Source: Rotaria socialis (lineage: Eukaryota). From it: a DNA stretch of 64,000 nt. Made by a program: the position numbers and the translations under genes. Location of the stretch: assembly GCA_905331295.1 (NCBI GenBank), contig CAJNYD010000033.1, positions 1-64,000 of the forward strand. Direction: 5' to 3'. Of the stretch, positions 1 through 19,100 are shown piece by piece (within the stretch, counting starts at the first letter, position 1; every line of letters starts with the position of its first letter). A model generated the notes under the pieces. That model worked only from the letters and a program-made list of their open reading frames with translations, searched no databases and was not told the origin of the DNA.

Positions 1-975
1 ACAAACACCTATTCTAGTTTAAAGAACAGATTTACCATGTAGAATTTCAGTGAGATACAAGTAGTTAGTTGTGACTAAGTGAGTGGGTTCATATGAGCAT
101 GCATTCGTCTAGAAAAGATTATAATCCCATTCAACCATTTGTACACATGCCTAAATTTTGACCTGAAATCCATACACACTGTTTTCTTCGACCATATATG
201 TAGTTCTCACAAAGAACTTGGAGTATCTGAATCTAGAATTTCTTAAACTCAATCACATTTTATGCATATTTTTCTATAGCTCGGAACAAAACTATTTTGC
301 TGTTTAACAAAAATAAAGTTCTGTCATTTTTGTCTCGTTTCTTTATAAAACGAAAGTGTTTTCTATTACAAGTTCCAATTATTTGTATAACAATTTTTCC
401 ATGTAAGATAGCTGCGCTGATGGCAAACTTTAAAACGAATTTCATCAGAATAAAATTCAATAAATTGGGCTTGGCCTAAGTGAAGAAGAATTTGACATTA
501 TTAGACTTTCGTATCGCTCTCATTCATTTATCGCCCAATCAATTTGGAAAGATTTGAAAGTTATATTGATTTAAAAATCAATTTTCTACTACACAAATTC
601 CATAAATAATTACTATAAATGATATTTATTGAATAAAAATAAACTATTTTCGATATTTTCAAATGAAAAAGATGTAGAAATTTCAGTAAATAGAAATGAA
701 TTCACTAAGCATTTATTCAAAACTTGTATTTTTTTTTAATTTGAAATATCTATTTCGATCAGTTATTTGATCATGCTTTGCGTTCATCAGAATTGGAATA
801 TGAGGAATACAAATAGAAGGGAAAAAATCAATACCAAATCACCAGTTGATGATATCTACATGATAACAGAATCAAAGTCGCTAAATATAAAACAATCTCA
901 TAGTGAAATTCAAATGCGTCGTTGGGATTTCTTATTCGAAAGAATGAAATTCTCATGATTATTCTGTTGATAAGT

Positions 976-2696
976 TCATGATAAAAATATCCTCTGGTGT
1001 TCATATTCATGCTTAAGTTGTAATGAAATCTGTTCGTCTTTTGGCTGTTTTAGATAAATAGATAAAAAGTAGAATAGTTTTTCGATTAATTGATGATTAG
1101 CTTGTATTTGTTGCAATTGATTTATTTCATTTGATTTATATTGATTTAATTGTTCATCAAGAAATTTAATTAAATCTTCATATTCAATTCCAACTTGTTC
1201 TGATAAACGTTGTGATTTTTCGCAGATTATAATTTTATTGTGAAGTTCATCGATCCTCGAACGAAATAAAGCTACTTCACGATGAAGTTTATCAACAAGT
1301 TGATTATCATTTTCCATTGAAATTTGTTTAGCTGAAGAATAAAATGGTAATAAAAGATTTATACGTTCACCAAGAAGAACACTTGACTGTCGTTCAAAAT
1401 CTTTTAATGTTATTCGACCATCTAAAGAAATAAACAGATTAATATTATCAGATCCTTGCTTAACTTTGTTTTAACGACAAGATGCATCAAACATTTAGTA
1501 TATAATCAAACAGAAAGAAAATGATATTTGCCTTTTCTTTTTCATAATATCATTTCTAAAATTAGAGTTTTGTTGAAAATTATGTTCACATTAGACCTAA
1601 GAAAGTTTTATTCGAATATCGATAGTCATGAATTAGCCGTTGAATTCTTTTCAGTAGAAACTTTTCAAGTAATTTAAAATTAATTTCCTGATATTTGTTA
1701 TGCAAAAGGGAAAAACATTACTTTTATTCTTTTGGACAAAATCCTTTTGTAAAATGCTAACGAAAAAGTTAGTCTTCATAATTTGACATTCATTAGAGTC
1801 ACTTCACTATACTATAGAGTACTAGTTCCTTTTTTTTGTTTTGCATAAATTTAAGGAAATCTCGCTAAAAAGGTGACAAAATCAAGAAGCAACAGACAAA
1901 TCAAAAGGATAATAGAAAACAAATTTTTTTAACCTGCATTTGTTTGTGATAATTGTTGAATAAATTGTAATTCTCGTGTATGATCTTTCAATAATAGTGT
2001 CGGATAGATTTTCTTAAGTAACGCAACAAGATCAATTAATTTAAACCTTGAATTCAGTAATGATTGAAGTGCTTCATGTGATATATCAAGTCCTCTTAAA
2101 ATTTGATCACTTTTATATTGTTCTTCTTGATGATTTTTTTCTCGAAACGATAAATTAGATGCAATATGCCGATGTTTTTCATGTTCATGATTACGTCTAT
2201 GAGATGATCGTCGCATTTGCACTTCATTTTCTGTTGTTAAACTTCGGTTGTGAGAATTTTTTCTATTTTTACTCGAACTAAAATTAAGACTTTGATAAAT
2301 GTCTTCATCATCGTCAATCGATCTTTCTTCATTCAATAATTGTTGATACTCTTGTGATGATAAAGGCGGAAGAAAATGCTGCACATGAAGACGAACGTGA
2401 TTTGTTATCGCTGCTGAACGAAGAATATTAACAGCGTGTCTCCAATTGATACCTATAATTGTTTCATCGTTGACCGATAAAATTTGGTCGCCCACCTAAA
2501 CGTAAAATAATCTTCTATGAACATTGTTGTTTAATTAATTTACTTTTAATCGTCCATCTCTTTGTGCTAGACCACCATCAAGTAGTTGTCTTATATAAAT
2601 ACCCGATTGATTCGTAGCACGCTTAGTGCCTAAAATTCGGATGCCAAGTCCATTGCGACTGTTCAAATATACTATGAGCTCGTCTGTTGTCATCAT
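976..2696 (-). CDS. PDZ + EF-hand-like + coiled-coil protein, STXBP4/Synip-like (3 exons: ~2696-2544, ~2495-1935, ~1421-976)
   Basis: Spliced translation MMTTDELIVYLNSRNGLGIRILG...GIYIRQLLDGGLAQRDGRLK|VGDQILSVND (PDZ), then TNA|DGRITLKDFE (EF-hand-like loop) and a coiled coil with EYEDLIKFL. GT-AG introns join the frames. Confidence 0.7.
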
Positions 2697-5600
2697 TGAT
2701 ATTATTACACAAATCGAGATGTTGTCACCAATTGAGAAAATACAACATTGTGCTTCAAACTTTCTATTCTAATTTTTCAACCTTGAGTGCATCCATACAA
2801 CTGTAGAAATAGAGAGAGGGTGTGAGTGAATGAGCGAGTGAAAGCAGTTGTTGAATTGAAATTCAATCAATCATACTCATTCAAGTTTTTATAGGATATA
2901 CAAACATGCAATCGTATTTTGATAGATGCGTCAAATGAACACACTGTTGCCATCATCCTCATTTCGTTGTGTTGTGTGTGTGTGTGTGATACATTAATTT
3001 AATTTAATAGTGTAATGACTCTGAAAATTAGCTGATAGTTTTTCCTGGCTACTCTCTCAGGTTCGGATAAGCTATAGACTTACATGTAGGGTACCGTTGC
3101 ATGTTAGAACCAATCGAATTACTTTCCTGTTTTTATCCTCATACATCCACAAATTGTTTGATGTTAACATGCAGACATGAATATTAATACGCAAGAATTT
3201 ATATAAATAAATTTTAATTGAGTTATTGGAAATTGTTTTAAATTAATTGATCATGTAAATACAATTAAAAAGCAAGCTAAGCAATAGATTATTTTCATTT
3301 CGATAGATTATTTATTTTTAGCCTGTTACCACTGAAAACTCAAATATGAATCAAATGAAAACTTGATTTACAGATAAAAACAAAAATAACATATTTAATG
3401 AAATTTCTTTTTGATAGAAAAGAAATGCTAATTAATTAGGATACTTTTGTAGAGCTTACCATATCAATAAAATTAAAAAGCTCAATTGATTATTTTATAA
3501 AAAAAATCTTATGACAAAATATTGAACCTGATTGAATAAATATCAGTTGATTCAACGTATAATTTTCAAATGTTTAATAAAAGGACGAAGAAAAGCATTT
3601 TAACTTTTTTGATATTAGATACTGTTTTTCTAAATAAGTCATTTTCAAAATAAATGCAATTAAAAACAAATACACGTGTATTTAATGAAGAGTAGATAAA
3701 TCAACTGTAGAATAAAGGGTAGCATTTTATTAATCAGCGTGTCGAGTTTAAAGTGATAAGATTTTATATATGAAATTTCTTGGTGTCAAAAAAGTTGAAA
3801 AACAAACAATATTTTTTAATAATCCAAAGTAAAGTTTCCATTGCGTCGAAATGTTTTATGAATATTTAACATCAGCAGTAGTATTTCTTTGGTAGAAGTT
3901 TTTCATCTAATGATCTTTCCTGTAAATACAATGTACAAGTTTGTGTGGTACTACTCCAAATGAGAGGGGGCGACATCCTGCCTGCCCCCTCCAGTCATTC
4001 ATAGGCGAAACATCTCTGAATGGCATATTCAATAAACAATTACTATAACAAATATTTTATGAAAGAGATAAAAGATATGCAAAATCAAAGGCTATACTTG
4101 TTTTCTTCAAACACGGCAGATAGATTTTGTACATAGATCATTACTTGTGACTAAAGGGACTGCATAATGTCTAAAATAAACCCATAGTTGATACTAAAAG
4201 AAAAATACATGAACTGGTTTCATCGCTATGAATTCAACTTGTCTCAATTAATGGTGATGAAAAACGTATTCGCATAGGCAGCCTAAAACGTTTTCTTAAA
4301 TATGAAAGAGAAATAAAAATAAAGTACAGGCAAAACTTTCAGCAAATCCAAAGGTTAACTGGATGATACCAGAATATTAAATTCATCCCTTTTGATCCGA
4401 AGCTTTAGAGTTCGAGAGTATGCACACAACAAAAAGTAATGTATAAATAATTTCTAGTCAGTGACGGCTTGATATTGAAGTTTCATGAGCAAATTTAAAA
4501 GCAAATAGTATCCATCAAGTACCGCAACGATCATAGATGCTTTCTAATCGCGGTGGATTCTTGCTGTTAGAAGCACTGCCTAGACGAATTTCAAACACGA
4601 TACAGAAAACTCTTTCGTATTTCAAGAGAGTTTGTATATTTTTCACGTAATAACAATTTTGCTTTTGTAAATCCATGGAAGAAATCTATGTAAATCATCT
4701 TAAACATAGATCTACTCAACATTTCAATGATAGTGTGCATGAAAAATTTCTGGATAGGTTTGGTTTGATTAATTCATTTTCAGTTTTCGATATATATTTC
4801 ATAAAGAATAATTTAATACAACAAGATATTCTCGGATTTCTCTAACCAATGGTAATTATACCATTTTATGAGTCTCTATGATAATGTTCACATTTTCCTT
4901 CAACTTCTCAAGTTCCTTTTAACACGACGAAGAATTCAGAGCAATAGCTATTGTCTAATTTTATTATTATTTTATTGTTTCGTTTTTTAAAATTATTTCT
5001 CTCAGATTGATACAACAATTATTATATGTGTCGAAAATAATCATGATGAATAAGAGAAATCTTTGCTAATTGTTAAACGAGCTGGTTGCTATTTACTAAT
5101 AAAATGACTCGAAGATAATATTTTGTCTGATTTTCTTAATACAATTGATTTGTGTTTTAGGTGTATTTAATACTGGTTGACTATATAAATCAAAATAATA
5201 AGTAATTTTTGTGATATTATTTCAATAAATAAAATATAGTTGGTTTTTGAATATTTTGAAATGAAAACAACAACGTAGAATTTTATCTAAAGAGAAAATA
5301 AATTTACCGTTGTTTATATTCTTGATTTTCAAATTTGTTGATATAATCAATAATATTATTTAAATGAGTTCATTTTACTTTCAACTAAAGATATCTACTT
5401 CGATTACTTATTATTTTTTTCTTATACTCTATTCATTTAGAATGAAACGTAACGAATAGAAATAAAAGAAAAGAAATCGACATGAAAACCGTAGTTGATA
5501 ATTTCCACATGAGAAGAACATACAAAAATTGGTTTGGATAAAAACAAATAGAGAGAAATTGAAATATATATATTGTTAAGTTATAACGATGAATCCTTTT

Positions 5601-6146
5601 GTTGCTATTCATATTTATTGTATTTTAGTTGTGATACAATATGTTCATTCCTTGAATTTTGTTTTATAAATAGATAAATAGTTTATTTAATTTTTCGTTT
5701 AACTGATTAACTTCTCTGTGATCGACTTTCAATAATTAATTTAGTTAATATTGATATAGTTGCTCACTTTAAATAAAATTTTCTCAATACAAATTGTTTG
5801 GAAGTAAGATTCAAGAAAGATGAAAATATAAAGTTGTCTTAATGAAAACTATGGACTAGAATAAAAAAAGAGGTCACTATCGGACAATATGCATATATTA
5901 TTCTAATACATGACGAAATGATTGGCAAAGATTATTGCATACAGCTAACCGAATACCAATGAATCATTGTTGGTATAACAGAACACAATCAAAATTTTTG
6001 TTACGCACACACATACACCACAACTATATGTAAGGAGGTCCCTATTACGCACTTTTTTTAGGGTCACTCGCGAAACATTCTTTTCATCTTGTGATTTTCT
6101 TGTTTATATTGCACTTTGCAATTCCATCTGACACATTTATCTAATC

Positions 6147-10342
<4,196 letters not shown>

Positions 10343-11362
10343 ATAAAAGAACGACATTTTTTTCTATCTTTTCGCCCCAAACATTTGTGTACATACTCAT
10401 TCCTTTTTTCTTTTTTTTTCAAATAGTTCTTTTTGCAGTCGTTCCTGGCTCTGTTTTTCTTTATTCAACTATTTTTCTTATCTGTATTCATTGAAGTTCA
10501 AGATGTGACAACAACATAAAGAATTGGCTCGCCGAATATAAAATAAAATACTAGTAGAGAAATCATCATTATTATTTTTCCTATAATGTCAATGTTTAGA
10601 TACTGTGTTCTGAACTAAGAAATAATGGGAATAATATCTCAAGCATTAATTTCTAAATGATGTTTATCTCAAGAAAAATGAATATAAAATAAAAGCGTTC
10701 TATGATCAAAGATTACATTGATTTTATAACGACCATTTTCTAGTAACAATGATCACGTGAAAACAAATGCCAACAGCGTAATCACGATTGTATACTTAGA
10801 CACCATATATTCCAATGTTATATAACTGTGTTGTTCCTTTTTTTTTGGCAGTTTCTCAAATGAGAACGAACTAGTTTCTATGTTGAAAATTATCGTAATA
10901 CCCTAAGCAAACAAATAATGACGGAAAATGATAAAAACCGATCGTAAATCATTATTACCTGTTAGAAACCATAAGTACTATCATTGGAAATCAATAGATA
11001 TTACTGTAAATCATTGACAGTATTTCTTTTATCATTTTGAAAGAAAAGGCCTGATTTACATTGCTGTGTTTTTTTTTGTTGTTGATATATTGATTAGCTT
11101 ACTTTTTATTGACTGTTGATAGTCATAGTGTTACTCTTCGATTTCTTGTAATTTTTCTTTATTTGTAAACATTTCATATAATTCGTATAGATTCTTGCCG
11201 AACGACTAGCAAAGGATTCGACTGTAAGAAAAAACTCGGAAGCTAAAGAAATTAATTCGCGTATTGTTATTTTCAATATATTAGTCTCAAAAATGATACA
11301 CTGTTGACTATAATCCCAGTTCTATATTATTATATCTATAATCGTGTGTTTATATTGTTATA

Positions 11363-12285
11363 CCGGGTGATCCAAAAGGTTTGCAACATTTGTGCTTTTA
11401 CATGTATCTCAGTTAAGATAATAGAGAAAATTTCAACTTGAATTTTAAAAGAAGCGCGATTCAAGCCTCTACAAATTTGTATCCACGTTAATTTAAAATA
11501 ATAGAATTGAACGGTTTTATGGATAGAATAGTGTGACTACATAAATTGCATCTACTTCCCGTACAGCATCTTTAATAAATTATTTTTTCTATCGAAACGA
11601 ATATATCGTTTAAAAAAATAAGACATTGTTAGATAACTCTTGAAAGGATATGTGGATTTAACATGTATTTAACATTCATACTTTCGATTAGACACAATTT
11701 TTCGGAAAGCAATATTTTGAAATATGATGAAAATTTCTCTCTTGATTCTTGCTTTTCAGACAAAGGCTTTTGAAAGTCATCTATGGTCAAACCGAGTTCA
11801 TTTTCCCAACATTTTATAGAAAAACGATTTATCATTCTACTTAGAGCTTACACAACAGATGTCAAAACGGTTCGGTTCGAAGAAACGTCTGAACAGTTCC
11901 AAGAATGCTGTTTTGGCGGTAATATTTCCGATAGACAATTTTTATTAGACATAAGTGGATTTAAATCAAACGCAGATAAATAACTCTGAAAGAGCACTAA
12001 TATGTGATCATATTACAAGAATTTTATTTTTAGGTGCCTGCTTATAACCTGGGAAAATTAGAAAAAGTGTAGCTAAAAACTTGTGTGGGAGATCGATGCA
12101 ATTTATGTAGTCACACTATTCGGTCCCATAAAGACGTTCAGTTCTATTATTTTAAATTATCGTGAATACAAGTTTATAGAGAAGTCAATCGCGCTTCTTT
12201 TAGAACTAAAGTTGAAATTTTATCTGTTATCTGAACCGAGATACATGTAAAAGCAAAAATGTTGCGAAAATTTTGGATCACCCGG
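11363..12285. mobile_element. Non-autonomous Tc1/mariner-type element (MITE) with ~200-bp imperfect TIRs
   Basis: TA|CCGGGTGATCCAAAA...TTTTGGATCACCCGG|TA. The inverted similarity extends to about 11560 and 12087. TA target-site duplication. No transposase ORF. Confidence 0.85.
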
Positions 12286-13265
12286 TAGTTATGCCTTGTA
12301 TAACCACACTCTTATGAGTAAATCTTTTAATTATACCATTACTGTTCGACACGTAGAAATCCAATGGTGTATCTTTAGTCATTCTATGAATAATTATACT
12401 TAGGGTTATATAGATATTGATATACTCCTTCGTATGTGCTCTTACACTTGTACCTTTGTAATCTTATATATTGATGAATATAATCTTCCATAGCAAACTT
12501 TATAACTATTTATCTCATAATGTGAACCTATTAATTACATATTCTCATATATGATCTTGCAGGATGTATGCCAATGTAAAATTCAAATAGTTTAGTTCGA
12601 TTGATTTCTTATAGTCTATCTCATCTCATATAATATGACTGGTCGTTATCATTAATTCACCTGAACAATAGAGCATATTAGAGAACTTCCATAGTTTAAT
12701 AAATTTATCATTAGTGTCGAGTACGTTAGATTAAGATATTATTCAGATTTCGTATGCAATCATTGTTTTATTAATCGTGTCATCAATAAAAATTTTACTT
12801 GATGTTTTTGTAGGATAATTACAAAATATTGTCAGATGTCAATTTATAATTGTTATAAACGGCTACTGTAAAGCGGTTGTTGATTTTTCGCCTTCATCAC
12901 AACAGGTTTGGTACGTACACGATGGTGCCTAACTAAGATGTTTTCTGAAAAATACATTCTATAATAGTTATTCTTTTTTTTCAATTAATCAGAATCGACA
13001 TATGTTCGATCAGACTCAGAGTCAACAGGATTAAAGATTTTTAATAGTCGAAAAAAACTAGAAATAAGGTTTACCGAGGATAAAAGTGACAATAAAGTTA
13101 TGAAATATTTTATTACAACGTTAATTTGAAGAAGCAGAAAAAATCTACAGGTACGAGCCAAACAAATATCGAATACTTAAACACCGTTATCTTTTAGCAA
13201 CTATTAGTATCAGAGAGTTTTAAAAAAAGTCACTACATCATGCTCTACCAAGTGACATGGATGAA

Positions 13266-13635
13266 CGAAGGTGTTCTTTTTGTGTACTCAAAAAAAAAGT
13301 GAGTACACTAGATTCGGTCAGTGTGTCCGGCTGTTAACACGATAACTCTCGAAAGGCTCATCCGATTGTCATGAAGTTTTGTACACAGAATGATCTCATC
13401 AATATCTCAGCCAAGTTCGAAGATGAGAAGGATCCGTCAAAAAATGGCTGAGTTATCGAAAAAATTGTCATTATTGACCAGACCATCCCTGAGCGGGAGG
13501 GAGTACAGGGATTTTTCAAAAAAAAAATTGTTTTTCTCAGAATTATTCACAACATGTATAAATCGACTCATTTTTTGCAGTACACATGACAATTGGATGC
13601 GAACCCAGTGTTTCCTCATTTATTTCTACTTGAAT
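13266..13635 (+). mobile_element. Helentron/DINE-1-like non-autonomous element, family A (internally deleted copy)
   Basis: 5' hairpin GTGTACTC-A8GT-GAGTACAC, then ATTCGGTCAG TGTGTCCGG, and a 3' sub-TIR AGTACACA. It is homologous to the inverted copy at 25812-26367. Confidence 0.7.
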
Positions 13636-13775
13636 TGATTACAAATAAAAGTTAATTTATTAATTTACTTGAAAAAATGGATTGTCCTACTGGTAACAAC
13701 ACTCTAAAAACAATGAGAAATAAATACTGTCATTATCAAATGAGTTCATGTTTTGTATTTGGCTAAAAAAAAGAT

Positions 13776-16182
13776 TTATTTGGCTTGAACTGGTGGTTTC
13801 CATTTTAAACTTGAACTGTTATGTGGAAAAAGAAACCACGGGGGAAAATAATGCTCTTTAATACAATTTTGAAATGGTACTGGGTAATTAAGGTCATGAA
13901 CAACATTTCCACCAGCCAGCCAAGCGGCCCACCAACTATAAGTACCGGCTGTAGCAATTGTATGTTCACATAAAGCTAATGCAGCTAGATCATCACCTGA
14001 GAAATACCTTGCTGGCGTTATGAAGACATCAGAGAAATTTCCAAGATTTATTTTCACATAATTTTTATCATCGCTTGCAACTAAAAATCGACAATTAATA
14101 TATTTTCTTCGATAATAATCCATTGCCCAAACAAGATAGTCTACACTTGTATCAATTCGAAAAAAGGTTAAAAAATCACTTCGACGAATATGAATTCCAA
14201 CCCAAGTGACAGGTGCTAAGGGTGGTGGAGGATTTATAAGAAGAGATTTTAAATATGGATGTGGTACATTGTTTTTTGTATAATTACCCAAATTCAATGG
14301 TATATTCCAAACAGCTGAAAATTAAAAAGTTTTATAAAAAGATTTGTTAGTATTCAATAGATAACTGCTGAAGATAATTGAATTGATTTATTGCTAACAT
14401 AGATTTGAGCAACCTCATACAATGAGCTTTAGCAATGTCTAGGTAATTCAAAGATAAGCAACGTTTCACGTCATGAATCCTGCTATTTACGTATGTAAAT
14501 TTTTCAGTTTTTTCAATCAAGTTCTATCTATGGTGCAGTAGTGTCGAACTTGAAAGCTGAATTCAACTGAAACTTCAACTTTCAACGAGGGATTTTCAGC
14601 CTTTCGTGACAACCACATCCACAGAAGTCAATTACAAGAATAAAAACTTTTAATAAATTATTTTAAATTTCACAGTTTCAAATCATTTTTGTTGTGTTTC
14701 TGAACATGAATTATGGTACACAATTTAAAAACTAATATAACAAAGTAGCATCTACGTAGCAATGAGCTAAGAACCCAAAGCTTTCTCAAAATATTCAAAA
14801 CTCATTTGGAGCTCCACAATCTAATTAGTTACAGCTTACAAACAACAATTAACCAGTTCAAAACTTTTCTCGTTTGTCTTAAAGAAAATATATCGCAATT
14901 ATTAGAATTTCAATCAACTATTCTATTCTTCGAAAACTAAAACATGAATCAGGATTAATATCCAGAGAATTTATTTTCAGTGTCATAATATCGATTATAT
15001 GAGAAGTGATTGTTCAATTAACTTTCTTCTTTTGGGTTTTTTTCTACGATAATTTTTGAAAAAGACATTTCAGTATAGTCGTAATAGTTAAAGGTAAGAA
15101 TGTGCGTCTCAAACTTGGTCTAGTTGCCATTAGAATACATTGACGGAAATATCGTTCTTTAGCTTCAAGTTTTTCTTTCAAACTTCTGCATTGCTATTCG
15201 AATGGCCAGCAAATTATTATAAATAAATGTGCTTCGGTAGTTTTGTAGCGAGCAAGTTTCTATGTACATTCGACAACAAGAAAGAACAGAAATAAAATAA
15301 ACACGAGGTACTCTTACATATATTTTTTTGTTTTCAAAATTATTTTGAAAACGTCCGAATTCAATAAGAAAATTGCTTTCATCTTTCTAGATTTTTAAAA
15401 TCGCCAACTATCGCTTTCACTTTTTATGTTCTTTCAATATTCTAAAATCCTTCATTTAATATTATAAAATCAAATAAATAACTCTAACCTTTTAGAAGCT
15501 GATCAACTAAGGGTACAACGCTAGCAATAGCTCCTGAATTGAATTGAAATAAAAATGCAATTTCTTCTTTATATTTTTCAAAATATCCATACGCTTGATA
15601 GAATCCAACCATTTCATATCGATTAAAAGTGGAATTTAGTGGAATTTTAAATAAATCACTGTATAAAGTACAAGCACTATATCGTCCATATATATCAGTT
15701 CGATTAACTACAACAGAATCATCTGTTGTTAGCTGAACTTTTGTTTGATTTATTGGAATTAGAAAAACTGATCGAAGATCAATTAAAATCCAGGGTGCTA
15801 CATAAAGTTTACATTGATGTAGACGGGCTAACCCATAAGCACTGGCAAATAAAAACATTCGATTTCCAAGAGCTCCATCAGCTGTACGAATTATAATTAA
15901 ACATGTTAGCGGTGCTTGAGCTTTATCATGAAGATTTTTACTATAATTATTATTACTAAGAAGTAGACCTCTAATTGAAGAATAATAAATTTTGGAGTTT
16001 GACGACCGTAAAATGGTAAATTGACTTCGATCAAACCAAAACTGATAAATAATAAAAAAGACAATGAGTCCGAATATGAATAAAACTAATTTTCTATGCG
16101 TAGTATGGGATTGGACATAGTGAATATAATCATCGCTAAGACGCTTTAAATGATCTAACTTTGAAAGTAATTCGTTATACAT
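13776..16182 (-). CDS. GT11-family alpha-1,2-fucosyltransferase, type II membrane protein (exons 16182-15489 and 14314-13776)
   Basis: N-terminal TM segment LVLFIFGLIVFFIIYQFW. Motifs GALGNRMF, GFYQAYGYF, GIHIRRSD, FLVASDD and DLAALALCEHTIATAGTYSWWAAWL. A phase-1 GT-AG intron at 14315-15488 joins the frames. Confidence 0.88.
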
Positions 16183-19100
16183 TGGGTGATGGAAATTTTA
16201 CTGTTCTTTTTTCTTTTATGAATCGCATTTTTGTTGAGTTCTCTTAGAAATAATCCAAACGCAAACTAACCTGAATGCAACCAATAAGAAATATACTTTT
16301 TATGGTCTTTTTTTATATTTTTTCCTTTTCTGCTATTTGAAGCATTTCTGCCATTAGAATGTAAAGCATCGAAGTGAAGCCTACCATAATGGAGTCCGTC
16401 ACTACGGGTGAACAATGAGCTAAATTCATATTCTACAAGATGCAACAATGCATGTAACTTATTTTATGTAGTTTCAACCAATAGCATCATTATCCGTTTT
16501 TTACTTTCATTCATCCAACAACTGTTGAAGATAAAATCAGTGTTGCTAACAGCAAGAATCGACAATGACAATGGAAACAAAATATCCATGATATGTATAT
16601 GATACTCTATTCTACAATTTACTCATAAAATAATAAAATGTCATGAAGAGATATTCTCCAGGCAAGTTTCATTGCTTTGCCTTGCAAATTACGAAGAAGA
16701 AGAATACGTTTCATATTTATATTCAAGTTGGAGCATTAGTTTTTATTTTTATTGACAAAGTAGCACACGAAAAAGATTCATAACTAGCATAACAATCTAC
16801 CAAGAACATGAAAAAAAATGTGTTTGATCTTTAGTTATAATTAGTTTTCTATTTATCTAGCGAACATTGTCTCGCCCACCTACTCTGGTTTTACACGGTG
16901 TTATGTTCCATTTTTAAGCTTTTATTTTATTTTATAATATTATATATCAGGCAGTGAGAACCTAACGAAACATATCAACAAGAACTAATCTGAATATATA
17001 TACTTATATATATATATTCGAGATTAAGGAAAAGAAAAACAAACAAATAACTATGGACCTATAACATTATATAATGAAGATGTCAGATCCTAACACACGG
17101 TTTATTTGAGAAAATATGAATCATTAATGTCAAAAGTAACAACATGAAAAAACTAGACGAAAACATCGATCTGTATGCGAAAGAAAACGCTGTATTTCAC
17201 TAACGAAGCTAATTGATGATAACATTGTAAGCAGCTGATATGATCCGTAATTCGTTGAAATTAATATTTTGTTTTTCTTTACAGTAGTTGTGTAAAAAGA
17301 TTATATCTTTAACAATTCTTAAGCTTATATGTTGATTGAATTTTTAAAATACTTCAGTTTTACCTTTATCATTTTAAAAGGCGTTTTAATTGAATAGATG
17401 TAATTATATATTGAAGTTACACCACTGACAGAGTTATTTGATTACGATAAAAAAAGATTCCTCATTTTCATCAACAGAAGAGTCGATAGAAATATAATTG
17501 GATGAATCAGTATATAGCTATGGCATTAGCATAGTTTTATTCTGAAATAGGATTACTAAAGTAATATTCTTCTCTGTGAAACTCACATACATTTTTCGAA
17601 GAAAATGGTGAGTGTAAGTTTACAAGCGAGATTTTTGCGGCTCCCCAGCTCCCCCCCCTTCCCATTACAAACATTAGCTTAAAATTGTACTGATTAGGAG
17701 CTTGACTAATTAGGTTGCTATTTCTTTCTTTTTTTAATTCCAGGCTACACGAAACTAGTAATGCTTGCTCATTTGCAGACCATACTAACTAATTTAGGTA
17801 CCATTATAGACCAAAGAAGCTAGTCGCTGCCACTGTTAAATATACGAGCTAGCAATTAATACTCCATTACAGACATAAGCAAATAGACAATGACCTAATT
17901 ATAGGTTTTGGAAATCAAGGCAGATCTTTCTGATGAACTGTCTTAAATTATTTTAGTAAGCCTAAGAATATATGTGAGTTCCATATTTTAACTCCAAAGG
18001 GGCTGCGCTAGCAAGCTTTTTTTCTTTGCTACTTTTACTGAACTTAAAGACTATCGCATGATTGAAAATCTTATTTACCATTTGATAATACCATCTTAAT
18101 TTGGTGTAGTTTATTCCACACTTTCAAAAATAATTCAAAATTTTGTTATTCTCAGACTAAAGTGAGCACACATGCAGGGTATCATTTTGTTCTTTGATTG
18201 TAAAACTACTATGTAACTTAATTTAAAACTTTTTTAGATTTCTATTAGAAACACTGCATAATATCACTGATCAATGACAGGGACACGATTTATGAGAAAC
18301 GAATCAAACATATTTTGTTTTTGAAGGAATTTTTCTTTATCAATTTAAGCATTATTTTAAGGAATCTATAGAACTTTGAAGACTTTAAACATAAGGATAT
18401 GTCTTTGCGAAACGAAGAATTTTTCGTTACTTGATACAACATCACAGCTTTTCATTGATTGAGTTCCTATACATGCTTCAGCAAAATGTTGGAAACCTAG
18501 ATTGAGAGTATCCAAGCATGCTGAATGCAATGTATAGATAGTAATGTATTTTTGAATTTTTTTATACACCACATTGTTAATCGCTGAAATCTTTGTATGA
18601 AATCATCTTTTTCGGTAGCTAGAGATTTTTCGACGGGCTTAAAAAATATTCTGCTTCCGATAGATTCGAATTGAGATAGGTTTGACTGGCTATTTAAAAT
18701 ATTTTTTTGATTACTTTTTTGTGGTGGCAGTTTCATATCGATGATGAACATTGTGCTTCAATGTTTCGCAGCATTTCTCATCTAATGAAGAAAAAAAATG
18801 AGAATAGCAGATAGAAATTTCCAGATTTATTTTCTTATTTCAGATTAATCACTCTTTTGATGGTAATAATGTAACAAAAACGACGAACTATAAGTACTCG
18901 TCTACGAAAAAACATTTACAAGTGTTAGGCTTTCGCACATTTGTGCAACCGACTATGACAAGCATAACATGGAAAATAAAATAGAGGATATCATTTTAGA
19001 AATTGCTCGAAAGTAATATTGACTGAATTTTCTCTAATGAATGGAATAACATATCAACTATAATCGGATTGCTAATTGTAACGGATTTGTAAACTTATCT

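Noticed and set aside
3950..4700. GC-richer patch between STXBP4-like and AMPK that might be a decayed transposase
   Set aside because: The frames I translated are heavily interrupted and gave no DDE or other motif.
13390..13638. Similar ORFs at 13390-13638 (+) and 26013-26237 (-) (SSKMRRIRQ...)
   Set aside because: The similarity comes from two copies of a non-coding Helentron-like repeat, not from a gene family.
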